A DNA stretch of 64,000 bases, taken from Hemiscyllium ocellatum. Lineage: Eukaryota. Of the stretch, positions 14,542-28,362 are shown in pieces. The notes beneath the pieces are model-generated. The model had not been told where the DNA came from and did no database searches. It was given only the letters and a program-made list of their open reading frames with translations. The stretch spans positions 66,216,001 through 66,280,000 of the forward strand of contig NC_083413.1 in assembly GCF_020745735.1 (NCBI RefSeq), written 5' to 3'. The translations under genes and the position numbers were made by a program. Numbering within the stretch: the first letter of the stretch is position 1; each line of letters opens with the position of its first letter.

Positions 14542-17500
14542 ACCATTACTGGGGTCACTGCATGACCACAAGCAATAAGTAAGAGTACCAATCTCCATTT
14601 TACACTTGGGGCACATTGGGGACACTCCTGTCTTAAATTTCACAAGCTGCTACCGTGCCAGATGAGCCCTATGAAGTGTCTTCAGTTGATTAGCCTGGGT
14701 CCTACTACAAATCAATATCTTCCTGACATTTTCCCAGATATCCTTCCACATCTCTGAGGAGATTTCCACCTCTAATTTGAGTCCAGGTTTTATATAGCCA
14801 TTCAATGCCCTTTGAGACATTACTACCTAACAAGTGAAAGAGAGTGCTAACCGAGAGAGCACCCATACACTGGAGCACTCTCCTCTCCATGTCCTACTCG
14901 TAGGGATTGACCATCAATGTAGTCATTTTTTTGTATGAAGTTTCTAATCTGGAAGTAACGAAAGAGATCTTTCCTAGGGAGCTTGAACTTCTAACTCAGC
15001 TGTTCAAAGGACATCATGACCTTCCCATCAAATAGATCTCCCAAACAGGATATTTCTCTGGACTCCTAGAGCTTACAGCTAGAGTTCATTGAACCCAGCA
15101 TTCCCACTATGGGAGTAAAAGGGGAAGTTTTAACCGTGTTGAGGACAATCGGGTTTTTACAGTGATCCATGACAGTTCTCATCTAGTCCATAAAAAACCA
15201 AATTACAGAGGGGGCATTTAATCTGGGAGGTCTCAATGTCTAGCGAGATTGATCATGGATTGTGACAGGCCCATTCAGCCACATAAGATAGTAAGGAACT
15301 CAATTGGTATTTCCTAAAGTCCGGAAAATCTAGACCCCCCTCTCTTGCAGAAGCTGCAATTTATCCAGCTTAATAAGAGGCTGCCTATGATGCCAAATAA
15401 AGATCCAAGCCAGCCGTAAAGTCTGCTTAGTGTTTACCTTGGCAGCATCAAAGGGAGCATTCTCATGGGATATAACAAGCAAGGAAAAACATTCTTAGCT
15501 ATTCTGTCCAAACAAGATATTAGAAGATCTCCCTAGCGCCAAAGATCCTGCCTTATCTTCTCTAGCAACTGCCCATAATTGGCTTTACATAACTGATCGA
15601 AAACCGGGATAATAAAGATGCCTAAATAGAGAAAACCTCCCTGTGACCACCGGAAGGATGGTCATCAAAGTTGGATATGCTAGTAAGACCCCCTCACCCC
15701 TCTCCCACCAGGCATGGCCTCTGACATCATGAAATTAATTTTATACCCTGAAAACAAACCAAATAGATTAATCACTTGTATTAAGCGGGGCACCGATGTC
15801 ATTGGATCAGTTAAAAAGGGAAGGACATCATCCGCATAGAGAGTGATTTTATGCCTGCCTGACCCTACCTCGAGGGCAGTTATATTATGATCCATTTGAA
15901 TGGCTTCCACCAGCGGCTCCATCACCAATGTAAATAGTAGAGGTGAGAGAGGGCACCCTTGACAGCAGCCTCTGCCAACACTAAAACTATCTGACCTTAT
16001 ACCATTAGTGAGAACTGCTCCTTTTAGATCACATAGACCACTGCCATCCATTTGATAAAAACCTCTCCAAGACCAAACCATTCCATGACAAAAGAGGTAC
16101 AGCCACTCCACCTGATCAAATACTTTCTCTGCGTCTAGGGAAACTACCAAATCCGGGATAGCTCTTTGCTGATATATTTGGACCATATTGAATACACTTT
16201 TAATATTGTTGGTAGATCTATAACCCTTAGTAAAACCTGTCTGGATATCCTTTACAATAAAAGGCAATACCCTTTCCAGCCTTAACGCAAGTATTTTCGA
16301 CAGGATTTTAAAACCCACGTTCAGTAAAGGAATGGCCCTGTAGGAAGTGCAATCTTCTGGGGCATTTCCTTTCTTAAGGATAAGAGAAATATTTGCTTCT
16401 CTCAAAGAAGATGGAAGGCAGCCCTGACCGAATGAGTAATTGTACATATCCAAGAGTGGCCCGGCCAGCTTGTCTATAAACTCCTTATAAAACTCACTTT
16501 GAAATCCATCTGATTCAGGCGCTTTACCGCACTGGATCAGCCTCCTGTACTTCCTGAATTGTCAGGGGAGGCACTCCGAAAGGACGCGTGCTCTGAGGTT
16601 ACACCTGAAAGGTTCAAGATCTTAAAAAAAGGACTCATCATCATCATTCTATCCTCACAATCCTCTGACTGTTACAGCTCAAATTGCTGCATTATTTTTC
16701 TAGCATTGCAAGTAAGTGTACCAGCACTCTCTCTGATGGATGTAATGGATTGAGGGCATTCTTCTTTCTGGCCAAGTATGCTAGGTATCTACCTGGTTTA
16801 TCACTGTACTCGAATAACCTCTGTTTTGCAAAAGAAATTTCCCTCTTTGCTGTTTGGGTAAGCGCAGCATTCAAAGTTGCCCTAAGGACTATAATCTGCT
16901 GCAATTTAGTTATAGACAGCCTATCAAAGTATGCTAACTCAGCTGGCTTCAGGTGAGCCTCGAGCAGATGTTGCTGTTCTCCCCATTGTCATTTCTGGGT
17001 CGCAGAGAAAGAAATAATCAAACCCCATGCATATATCTTGGCAGTCTCCCACAGCACTGATAGGTTGCTGGCCATCCCTGAATTGATATCCCCAAAAAAT
17101 TTAAACTTCTGCAAAAATTACCTATAAACTTGGTATCTTTCAGGAGGAAAGGTCCATGCGCCAGTGCCAGGAACCCGCCCCACCATCACTGGTCTTGACC
17201 TCCATGTACGCTGCCACTCCCTGTTCAAGTCCACAACTGCCTGGATTGCAGAGATATACCCACAAGACCCCTAGGCATCCTGTCCACCTCGGGGTGATTA
17301 GCACGATTAAAATCTCCCCCTATAATTGTAAGACGCACCCCAAGGGCCATCAATGTAGTGAGCATATCCATTATGAACTTAAGGGGATGTGCCGGGGGGG
17401 CAATATACATTCAGAATCCATACTCCACTCCATGCATTAAAGCTTTATGTATTATGAATTGCCTGCAGTCATACTTGATTTGGCCTAACGTTTGAAATGG

Positions 17501-17686
17501 GAGGTTCTTCTGGATGAGAATCGCCACTCCTCTACTTTTCGAGTTAAAGGATGAGAAAAACCCCTGGCTGAATCCTCCCTGTTGCAACATCAAATGCTCC
17601 TTATCCAGTGAGTGTGTTTGTTGTAACGAGGCTACATCGACCTTTTCTTTTCTAAGGCTTGACAGTATCTTTTTTCTCTTAATGGA

Positions 17687-18167
17687 TTCAGAAAAGATTT
17701 ACAAGGATGTTGCCAGGGTTGGAGGATATGAGCTACAAGGAGAGGCTGAACAGGCTGGGACTGTTTTCTCTGGAGCGTTGGAGGCTGAGGGGTGACCTTA
17801 CAGAAGTTTAGAAAGTTGTAAGGGACATGGATAGGGTAAATAGACAAAGTCTTTTCCCTGGGGTCAGGGAGTCCAAAGCTAGAGGGCATAGGTTTAAGGT
17901 GAGAGGGGAAAGATAAAAAAGAAACCTAAGAGGCAACTTTTTCACACAAAGTGTAGTACATGTGGGGAATGAGCTGCCAGAGGAAGTGGTGGAGGCTGGT
18001 ACAATTGCAACATTTAAGAGGCATTTGGATGGGTATATGATTAGGAAGGGTTTGGAGAGATATGGGCCGGGTGCTGGCAGGTGGGACTAGATTGGGTTGG
18101 GATATCTGGTCGGCATGGACGGGTTGGACCTAAAGGTCTGTTTCCATGCTGTACACCTCTATGACTG
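17687..18167 (+). mobile_element. CR1 3' fragment inserted in the L1 endonuclease domain
   Basis: RFTRMLPG..LFSLERWRLRGDL translation and CR1 3'UTR; L1 reading HSPI|KRKKILS resumes on either side. Confidence 0.88.
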
Positions 18168-18629
18168 TAATTGGTGAGTGACTCCCCTTAACATTCCAGG
18201 TGCACCATTTAAACGAATGGCGAGCCATGATCGCCCGAAACAGTCTGTGACCCCCCCACCCACCCACCCTCGTAGGAAGAACTCCACTCATAGCGCACTG
18301 AGTGAAAACCATAAACAGCTCATATAAGTTTAAAAATGCAACTTCCAAAACTACTGAATCAAAACTTCTAACGCCTACTTCTAAATATAACAGCACAAAA
18401 CATAACTGAAAGGAGACTTTCCCCGTTGTCCACAGGGGGCGCTCGTACCACCCATTGATCCCACCATGACTCCTTCTAGCTGGAGCCATGCCCCTGACCC
18501 AGACAACGCAAAGTAAGGGAAAAAAATCCCAATATGTTCTGATAAGAAAGTTAGAACTGGGCACCCAACCCCTCCCCTCCATACTGTAATCCTCGACTCT
18601 CTTGACAGAACAACAAAAAAAATCTCTCC

Positions 18630-21178
18630 CTGGTGTGGGGCTGGAGCTGGGAGTGGGGGCGGGGTTAGGCATGTGGAGGGAGATCGGCGGTGGGGCGGGG
18701 TTAGGCATGGGGACGGAGATCGGCGTGGGAGACGGTTAGGTGTGCGGACCGGGATCGGCGTGGAGGCGGGGTTAGGCGTGCGGACGGAGATCGGCGTGTG
18801 GGCGGGGTTAGGCGTGCGGCCCCCACGCCGATCTCCGTCATCACGCCTAACCCCGCCCAGACGCCAATCTCCGCCCCAATGCCTAACCCCGCCCCCACTC
18901 CCAGCTCCAGCTCCAGCCCCACACCAGGTCCTAGCTCCCAGCCCTGCCGTGTTTTCACCATCCCTCCAGACCTACCCCTCTCTGAGGATGAAAGACCACC
19001 TTCATTCCCCTACACTCCCAGATTAACGAGTTCAACAAGCACCGGGACGTCGAACAATTCTTCTGCCGCCTTTGCCTCCGTGCCTACTTCTTCAACCAGG
19101 ACTCCCGCCCACCTTCTGACGACCCCTTCTCCCGCCTCCAACACACCCCATCCACCTGTACACCCCGTGCTGGCCTCTTATCCGCCCACAATCTCTTCAT
19201 AGCCAACTGCCGCACAATATTGACTGCCTCAACCTCTCCACCCCTCTCACCCACTCCAACCTCTCACCCTTGGAACTTGCAGCCCTCCACTCCCTCCGTT
19301 CCAACCCCAACCTCACTATCAAACCGGCGCCGGCTGACCCATTGTCTCAGCCTGCTCCTGCCCCTCCGAACTCATCTCTGCATACCTCGACACAGTCCTG
19401 TCCCCCTTAGTCCAAGAACTCCCCACCTACGTTCGGGACACCACCCACGCCCTCTAACTCCTCCATGATTTTCGATTCCCCGGTCCCCAATGCCTTAACT
19501 TCACCATGGACATCCAGTCCCTATACACCTCCATCCCCCATCACGAAGGACTCAAAGCCCTCTGCTTCTTCCTTTCCCGCTGTACCAACCAGTACCCTTC
19601 CACTGACACCCTCCTTCGACTGACTGAACTGGTCTTCATTCTGAACAAGTTCTCTTTCCAATCCTCCCACTTCCTCCAAACCAAAGGAGTTGCCATGGGC
19701 ACCCGCATGGGCCCCAGCTATGCCTGCCTCTTCGTAGGATATGTGGAACATTCCATCTTCTGCAATTACACTGGCACCACCCCTCACCTTTCCCTCCACT
19801 ACATCGATGACTGTATCGGCGCTGCCACGTGCTCCCACGAGGAGATTGAACAATTCATCCACTTTACCAATACCTTCCAACCCGACCTCAAATTTACCTG
19901 GACCGTCTCAGACTCCTCCCTCCCCTTCCTAGACCTCTCCATTTCTATCTCGGGCGACCGAATCAACCCAAACATTTACTATAAACTGACCAACTCCCAC
20001 AGCTACCTAGGCTACACCTCCTCCCACCCTGCCCCCTGTAAAAACACCATCCCATATTCCTAATTCCTTCGTCTCAGCCGCATCTGCTCCCAGGAAGACC
20101 AGTTCCAATACCGAACAACCCAGATGGCCTCCTTCTTCAAAGACCGCAATTTCCCCCCAGACGTGGTTGACGATGCTCTCCACCACATCTCCACTTCCCA
20201 CTCCTCCGCCCTTGAGCCCCGCCCCTCCAATTGCCACCAGGACAGAACCCCACTGGTCCTCACCTACCACCCCACCAACCTCCATATACATCGCATCATC
20301 CATCGTCATTTCCGCCACCTCCAAACAGACCCCACCACCAGGGATATATTTCCCTCCCCACTCCTATCAGTGTTCCGAAAAGACCACTCCCTCCGTGACT
20401 CCCTCGTCAGGTCCACACACCCCCACCAACACAACCTCCATTCCCGGCACCTTCCCCTGCAACCGCAAGAAATGCAAAATTGCGCCCACACCTCCCCCCT
20501 TACTTCCCTCCAAGGCCCCAAGGGATCCTTCCAGATCTGCCACAAATTCACCTGCACTTCCACACACATCATTTACTGCATCTGCTGCTCCCGATGTGGC
20601 CTCCTCTACATTGGGGAGACAGGCCACCTACTGGGGGAACGTTTCAAAGAACACCTCTGGGACACCTGGACCAACCAACCCAACCACCCCATGGCTCAAC
20701 ACTTCAACTCCCCCTCCCACTCCACCAAGGACATGCAGGTCCTTGGACTCCTCCATCGCCAGATCATAGCAACACGATGGCTGGAGGAAGAGCACCTCAT
20801 CTTCTGCCTAGGAACCCTCCAACCACAAGGGATGAACTCAGATTTCTCCAGTTTCCTCACTTCCCTTCCCCCCACCTTGTCTCAGTCCCAACCCTCGAAC
20901 TCAGCACCACCTTCCTAACCTGCAATCTTCTTCCTGATCTCTCCGCCCCCACCCGCACTCCAGCCTATCACCCTTACCATATCACCCTCACCTTAACCTC
21001 CTTCCACCTATCGCATTTCCAACGCCCCTCCCCCAAGTCCCTCTTCCCTACGTTTTATCTGAGCCTGCTTGGCACCCTTTCCTCATTCCTGAAGAAGGAC
21101 TCATGCCCGAAACATCAATTCTCCTGCTCCTTGGATGCTGCCTGACCTGCTGCGTTTTTCCAGCAACACATTTTCAGC
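18630..21178 (+). mobile_element. Penelope-like element (Neptune-type), RT + GIY-YIG, with inverted 5' segment
   Basis: MDIQSLYTSIPH, GVAMGTRMGPSYA, YIDD, LPFLD, CNRKKCKI Cys linker, IYCI.C.RC.LLYIGETG; pLTR with hammerhead-like motif at ~21088-21117; in-frame stops/frameshifts. Confidence 0.95.
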
Positions 21179-24100
21179 CCTGGAGATCCTTCCCCAGTAT
21201 TCTAGAAGCTTCCAATACCATTTGCTTGTCTCTGTACTGCTGGAGTCACACTAGGACCAGGTGGGGGCGCTGCACACTGTGACCCGGTTGGTCCACTCAA
21301 ACCGGACCTGGCCTACCTCAGACTCCAGCTTTAGAAACTGTGGGAACCATTGCTCCAGAAAACTGACAAGCTGGCCTTCTTCCTCCCATTCGGGAAGCCC
21401 CAGCGGCCGGATGTTCTTCCAATGACCTCGATTTTCGAGGTCGTAGACTTGCTCCTCCAAGGCCTGCACTCGATGTTCCAGGTCCTGAACCCTGCTCATT
21501 GAGGACTTGGCCACAGTCTTGGAAGCCACAACCCATTGCTCCGCTCCCCGCCCCCACTCCCCCGCACCCAATGTACTGCCTGAGATGATGGATCTCCAGG
21601 TCATGCCTCCGCAGCATGACTGGATCAATTCAAGCCAGGCCCGGGTCTCTTCCATCGGCGAGTTAATCTTCTCATGAAGTTTCATGATCTCCAAGATCAG
21701 GCTTCGCTCTGCAGGTGAGTCTCCTGGGGCGGTGGCGGAGGCCAACGCAGCAACCACAGGTGTGTCCACTGCTGCAGGAGAGGGTCCCTGCTTAATGCGA
21801 TCCCCGTGGTCCTTTTCCCTTAGTCATCTTCTAAACTGCACCAAACTGCTTAGAACTGATACTAAAAAATTCTAAGTGTCGAGAGATAGTTATTTTCAAC
21901 AAATTAAATTGTGAAGGGAGGGTGAGTGCCCTACTTTGCCTGGGTTCTGGTGCAGAGCTCAGCAAAACAGACCAACTGGGTCCACACCATCTTGAATCCC
22001 CTGATTTCAGTTTCTTATCAGTGGATTCAACAACATAAAGTGCAGACAGCTGTGGAAGACAAACATCACATTCACTGCACTGCACCCCAAGATGAACAAA
22101 TTTGTTTAAATTGAATTTTCCAAAAATGAACCAAAGCATGCATCACAAAAAAAAATACAAAAGTTGTGGATACACTCAATAAAATGTCCGATGTGAGCTT
22201 GATACTCAAGATCTTCCTTGTATTCTCACAGCTAAGTTAAACTATCAATACCAGAACTAAGGGCCAATTGAACAAAACCTGCGCTTCTATCTTGCCATCT
22301 CACAAGATCTCAAATTTATTTGCCCTTTCATTGCTGATCCTTGACCATGGGATTGACTGAATGTCAATGACTGAGGTAACCACAGAGTTAAATGTTTAAA
22401 AAAGAGGAGTGATGAAAAAAATCAGTAAAAATACAACTTCCACAGTTAAGACAGAAAACAACTGCTCGTTATGAAAGTATATGGGCCTGATTTACCTCAG
22501 CATTCCATTTTGGATCTTTTTTTCCTGGATATGAGGCAAAGGCAAAAGATGCAGAGACCTATTATGAAATTTATCTTCCCCTTTTGCATCTGATGTACAT
22601 TACCTGTAGCTAAGGACCAAATACTCTCACCTGGATTGAGTTTCCTCTGACCTCTAAACAGTGCAATTTTGTTCCCAGGGCTGAGAAAGAAATACCATGA
22701 TTGCCTGTAGACAACATCCAGTAAACCTTGAACTTAGCAACCAGTCAAAATTTGTCTGTCTGATTTTGGCTGTGCATCTGAAGAAGTGATTCTAAATTAA
22801 TGATAAATAGATGACTAAGATCACCAAGTTGCCGCACTACCCAAAGTGAAAGAGTCATTAATTGCTGGTCGTCCAGATAGCAAGACCCCACAGATCCTCA
22901 GCCAAAACCAGACGCTCCTATGCAACTGTGCACTGTAACGTAGTCGTGTCACCTCCACAGGTTCACTAACTACATTCTCTAATATACAAATGGGTATGCC
23001 CTTGCTCGAAAACATTGAAGGATGAAGGATGTGTTGAGTTGCTGAAGGAAATTACTGGTCACCAAATTTTGAATGTCAAACCAGCCGTCTGCCAGTGGAG
23101 AGGAATTAAAAGGATTGAGATAAGCTGGGGAGCATTAGAGCTGAGTGTCATTAGCCTCGTAAATGGTGACACCATGTCTTCAGTTGATATTTATTATAGA
23201 CAACATGGGGATGAAGAAGGAGAGTGGTCATAGGATAGATCATAAGGGGCTGTGGAGCAAAGGTGTAGCAGTGAGAAAAAATGGTTTAGCTACAATCAAA
23301 TGGCTGAGACTGAAGATTCTTTTGTCAAAGATTCTTCTGTCTTTATTCCCTAGCAGATTAAAATTACTCACTCAGTCAAACTTATTTTTAGCGTAAATCT
23401 CAACTAAGAGAAACTTCAGAATATGATGAGATTTTAATCAGTGTTATTAGTTATAGAATAGACATAAAATAAAATGTCCTTCCCCAGGACTTTTCAGATT
23501 AGTAAAATTACTTCAGGATCAAACATACCTAAAGGTACATTATTGCAGAAACAATTGTTTAAGTTAACATAGAATTAATCTAAGTTAATTCATTTTAATA
23601 AATCCAGGAGTCTGTGTGTTGGTTTATGAGGGTTTAAGAATGAGACTACAGCTTTTAATATTCTCTTATGATCAGATGTTATAACAATCAATTCTAGATT
23701 ACATTGTATGAATTCATACTATATTATAGAATGTATAGTAATCAAAGGCGGTTAGAACATGACAGTTCTACTTTAAACTTACATATAAAAGGAAAAAAAA
23801 ATGTATATTAAAATCCATACGCGTGACAAAGATATATATTCATAATGCAGTATGATTTTTTATTAGGTCACTCAATCTTTAATGGGAATTCAATTTAGAC
23901 ATCAGTCCTTTCTGTGTTCACCAAAATGGCTCATCTGTGTCTGTCAAGCTAATAGTTCATTTATTCACCTGTTTTTTAAAATAAATTGTCTTTTCTTGAT
24001 AGCTGATAAACATAAACTGTTCAAATCTTATAGCACAAAGAGTTCCTGAAGACCATAATAGCTCTTGCACAAGATATCTAATTTGGAATAAAAATAACCT

Positions 24101-24459
24101 CCTAGAAGCATGATTGGCAATGATAGTAAAACCATTTCAAACTTCCCTCTGTCAGCAATACTATCTGAGAACTTGCTTCCGGCAAAGTTCCAATTTCCCA
24201 TGTTGTTTAGATTCTGTTTTAATCTTAACATATTAATTCTGTGATAATTTGATGATTTTCTTTACACTTTGAAAACCTGGTCATCCAATGGCTACCTGTT
24301 GAATATCCTCGGCTTATCTGAAAATGTCTCATCACTGTTGTTCATCATTGTGCACAAACATTTACAAAGCTTTACTGGGAAAGGTTTGTAAAGTTGTAGT
24401 TTTAAACTGTTAAAGATGTTTCAGTTTATGCCTATGAAACAGATTCTCATTCTATGAAC

Positions 24460-25326
24460 AGATTCTATGAACAGGACCTCAGAAAGGAGTGTATTAATAG
24501 GTGCCTGACCATTTAGTGCACTGACCCCATCCAAACTTGCAGCTTCAGAATAAAATTCTCACATAGAAGCAGTAGGTAGTTACCCATTTGGATTACTTTG
24601 TTCATTTGCCCAGATCCTAGGGGAAAAGTTTTGGTTCACTTGCCAAGTATGAAACAATGTTCCTGCTCAGCCAAGCGTCCTTGTGGTACCCACCATGATG
24701 CTTGAAGAAAGAAAAGGTCTATAGTTATTAATGTATCACCCCCTTAGAAGAGAAATCACTGTGACACATTTACACCCAATTGAGTGGAGGTGGTGCCATC
24801 CCAGCTCTGCTCAGACAAAATAGCATTGGTATATTTTCTGGAATAGTGAGGCTTACGTAGAAACAAAGAAAATAGGTACAGGAGGAGCCATTCAGCCCTT
24901 CAAATCTGCCTCCCCATTCAATATGATCATGGCTGATCATGCAATTTCAGTATCCCATTCCCACTTTCTCTCCATACCCCTTGATCCCTTTAGCCGCAAG
25001 TGTCATGTCCAGCTCCCTTTTGAATATATCCAATGAACTAGCCACAACAGTTTTATGTGGGAGAGAATTCTACAGGTTCACAACTCTCTGAGTGAAGGTA
25101 TTCTTCCTCATCTCAGTTCTGAATGGTTTACCCCTTATTTTTAGACTGAAGCTTGAGAGTCATCTTAATCAATGTGGGCAAATAAATGAAGCAATCCAAA
25201 TTGGTGACCACCTACTGATTCTCTGTAACACATTATTCTGGTGCTGCAAGGTTAAATGGGGTCAGTGCACTAAATGGTAAGGCACCTGTAAATAATTTCC
25301 ACTTAGAGGTCCTGTTCAAACAATCT
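24460..25326. mobile_element. Old element with long imperfect terminal inverted repeats (MITE/DNA-transposon-like)
   Basis: 24460-24530 is the reverse complement of 25256-25326 (shared blocks tgaacaggacctc and ggtgcct.accatttagtgcactgaccccat); a CR1 3' end sits inside. Confidence 0.6.
24858..25128 (-). mobile_element. CR1 3' end fragment
   Basis: Typical CR1 3'UTR (ggccattcagccc...atcatggctgat) on the minus strand. Confidence 0.8.
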
Positions 25327-25624
25327 ATAACAATAATGTATGACAATGGTACTGCTTTTTGCAAGCTTTCCTAAATTATACTGAACTAATACAGCCAGAT
25401 GATGTGTGCACAGGCATTTTTCTTCTGTTCCTAGTAAGTTCCTTATTCACAATGTACATTTTGGTATTCCCAGTCACTGTTATCATGTATCTCCCCATAA
25501 TACATTACACTGGTCAGCTTCTAAAAGAGATTCCCTATAGATTTTATTTATTTAAAATAGCTAGAGTGATTGAGGAAATTTAGAAACCTTCTTATTTATG
25601 GAAATTTATGGGAAGAAACACTGC

Positions 25625-26812
25625 AACAGTGACTGGGAACATTTCCAAAAGGCCTTTGATAAGGTGCCACACTGGAGGCTGCTGAGCAAGGTGAGGGCCC
25701 ATGGTGTTCGAGGTGAGCTACTGGTATGGATTGAGAATTGGCTGTCTGACAGAAGGCAGAAAGTTGGGATAAAAGGTTCTTTTTCAGAATGGCAGCCGGA
25801 GACAAGCGGTGTCCCGCAGGGTTCAGTGTTGGGGCCGCAGCTTTTCACATTATATATTAATAATCTGGATGAAGGGACTGGGGGCATTCTAGCGAAGTTT
25901 GCCGATGATAAAGTTAGGTGGACAGGCAGGTAGTACTGAGGAAGTGGGGAGGCTGCAGAAGGATCTAAACAGTTTGGGAGAGTGGTCCAGGAAATGGCTG
26001 ATGGAATTCAACGTGAGCAAATGCGAGGTCTTGCACTTTGGAAAAAAGAATAAAAGCATAGACTACTTTCTAAACAGTGAGAAAATTCGTAAAGTCAAAG
26101 TACAAAGGGATCTGGGAGTGCTAGTTGAGGATTCTCTAAAGGTAAACATGCAGGTTGAGTCCGTAATTAAGAAAGCGAATGCAATGTTGTCATTTATCTC
26201 AAGAGGGTTGGAATATAAAAGCACCATTGTGCTACTGAGACTTTATAAAGCCCTGGTTAGGCCCCATTTGGAGTACTGTGTCCAGTTTTGGTCCCCACAC
26301 CTCAGGAAGGACATACTGGCACTGGAGCGTGTCCAGCGGAGATTCACACGGATGATCCCTGGAATGGTAGGTCTAACATACATGGAACGGCTGAGGATCC
26401 TGGGATTGTATTCATTGGAGTTTAGAAGATTAAGGGGAGATTTAATAGAAACTTACAAGATAATACATGGCTTGGAAAGAGTGGACGCTAGGAAATTGTT
26501 TCCGATGGCAAGGAGACTAGGACTCGTGGACACAGCCTTAGAATTAGGGGGGGTCAATTCAGAACAGAAATGTGGAGACATTTCTTTAGCCAGAGAGTGG
26601 TGAGTCTGAGGAATTCATTGCCGCAGAGTGCAGTGGAGGCCGGGACGCTAAATGTCTTCAAGGCAGAGATTGATAAATTCTTGATGTCACAAGGAATTAA
26701 GGGCTACGGGGAGAATGCTGGTAAGTGGAGTTGAAATGCCCATCAGCCATGATTGAATGGCGGAGTGGACTCGATGGGCCGAATGGCCTTACTTCCACTC
26801 CTATGTCTTATG
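25625..26812 (+). mobile_element. 5'-truncated CR1 LINE (RT C-terminal half + 3'UTR)
   Basis: FQKAFDKVPH, SGVPQGSVLGP, KFADD, LVRPHLEYCVQFWSP, RRLRGDLI; 3'UTR ending ctatgtcttatg. Confidence 0.94.
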
Positions 26813-27179
26813 GAATAGTAAGATGTAAATTATGAATAAGGCACTAGTGAGGAACAGGAGAAAAATTCCAGAGTGCACATCATCTGACAGTATTAGGTCA
26901 GTATAAATTTAGGAAATTTTACAATGAAGAGCACCAATGCAGGGTTTTGCTCTGGATTCATAGTTCAGCAGAATAATCTTAAAATAAAGGCTTTATTTAG
27001 ACCACTAAAAATTGTAATGTGTATTAATATATTGGAACAAAAATGCTTTTTAATAGCTTGACATCACAGGAAGAGTTATTCAGGTAAATTGTACAGTGGT
27101 TGGTGAATTGATATCAAGAATGGAGGGCAATTAGATTGCACTTTTTTCACTTACAGATATTTTAATATATTTACATTAT

Positions 27180-27525
27180 ATCATAGAATCCCTATAGTGT
27201 GGAAACAGGCCATTAGACCCAACAAGTCCACACTGACCCTCTGAAGAGTATTCCAACCAACCCCTATTATTTTGCATTGCCCCTGAATGATGCACCTAAC
27301 CTACACATCCCTGAACACTATAGGCAATTTAGCATGGCCAATTCAACTACCATGCACATCTTTGAACTGTGGGGGGAAACTGGAGCATCTAGAGGAAACC
27401 CACGCAGACACAGGGAGAATGTGAATACTCCACACAGACAGTCAGCTGAGGCTGGAATTGAACCCAAGTCCCTGGTGCTGCAAGGAAGCAGTGCTAACCA
27501 CCAAGGCACTGTGCCACCCACCACT
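27180..27525 (-). mobile_element. HE1-type (V-SINE) tRNA-derived SINE
   Basis: tRNA A/B-box head (gtggttagcactgc...gggttcaattcc), V-domain gtgtggagt..gtctgcgtgggtttcc, CR1-like tail. Confidence 0.88.
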
Positions 27526-28132
27526 GTGGTATAATTCCAGATGTCACCAAATCCCAAATGTAGTTCTTTAGCAAATCAAATCCCATTCTATGCAATGAAA
27601 GGGAACCGTCCTTCTATTTATAATAAACTAGATAGAGCATTCCTGGTTTTCTCATTATAATAAGGAGCGCAATTTTACATTGATTCGATAGGCATTTATG
27701 TTTGAATTCAATTAGTCGTATAGACATAAATCAGTCTATGCACAATAAACTCTGAATTTATGACATTGTATATTTAAAAAGAAATTGGGCCTATTCGAAT
27801 AATTCATACAAATGTTCAACTCTTACAACAACCTCACCTCCCCATCACCCACGCTAAAGCACAACAATTTTAAGTGACAGAAACAAAAATAAATCATTTC
27901 TTTCCAAAATATAATGAGGATGCATAATGTGAGAGAAGCTTTTAATACAATTTAAGCAAATTCTGTAACAGGATTATATATAAGGGGTCATACAATTAAT
28001 CACTATTTAGATGCACCAGATAGATAAAGCAGATTATAATGTTACAATAATTCAGATCTAATGTAATTCACTGAAATTCTACTTGTTTACATGTTAAACT
28101 AAAAGGCATTAACTCATTGTGTCTTTTCTTCC

Positions 28133-28362
28133 CTATTCATCTGCTTCCTTTGCAATCTCGACTTGTACTTCTTGTTGTATTTCTGGTTGTTCTGGAGTGT
28201 CATAGCCCATGGTATTCCCTATAGGGAAATGAGCATAGAAAATGTGTGCCAGTTGCTGGATCCTTTCATAGTCTCCAATGCTTCGGAAATATTCCACATA
28301 TCTCCAGAAATCAGTTGTGGAGTAAGGCCAATAAGGAGGGCTTCGTTTTTCCACATGGTGAG
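28133..28362 (-). CDS. OTOS: Otospiralin, last coding exon
   Basis: Acceptor tatgtag, phase 1; encodes AHHVEKRSPPYWPYSTTDFWRYVEYFRSIGDYERIQQLAHIFYAHFPIGNTMGYD...EADE*, matching the otospiralin core PYWPFSTSDFWNYV..F...G.Y..I...AR.FFAHFPLG.TLG. Confidence 0.95.

Larger units (their letters stand above)
14560..21965 (-). mobile_element. Decayed near-full-length L1 LINE (ORF1 + EN/RT ORF2) with nested CR1 and Penelope insertions
   Basis: ORF1-like coiled coil and DLENR..KNIR..GLPE (21251-21769); ORF2 start MARHSFKWCTWNVKG (~18230); APE motifs GVAILI, IIGGDFN; RT motifs LDAEKVFD, QGCPLSPLLF, LYADD (15680-16453); many frameshifts. Confidence 0.92.

Noticed and set aside
18670-18830. CRISPR-like or telomeric array
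   Set aside because: Tandem 36-nt units without unique spacers, in a eukaryotic retroelement; no (TTAGGG)n run.
18630-21178. Active autonomous Penelope element
   Set aside because: In-frame stops (e.g. 20061-20063), frameshifts and a mutated hammerhead core.
27420-27525. tRNA genes (also 44017, 47420, 49930, 59964)
   Set aside because: tRNA-like heads of SINEs followed by V-domain and LINE tail; no complete cloverleaf.
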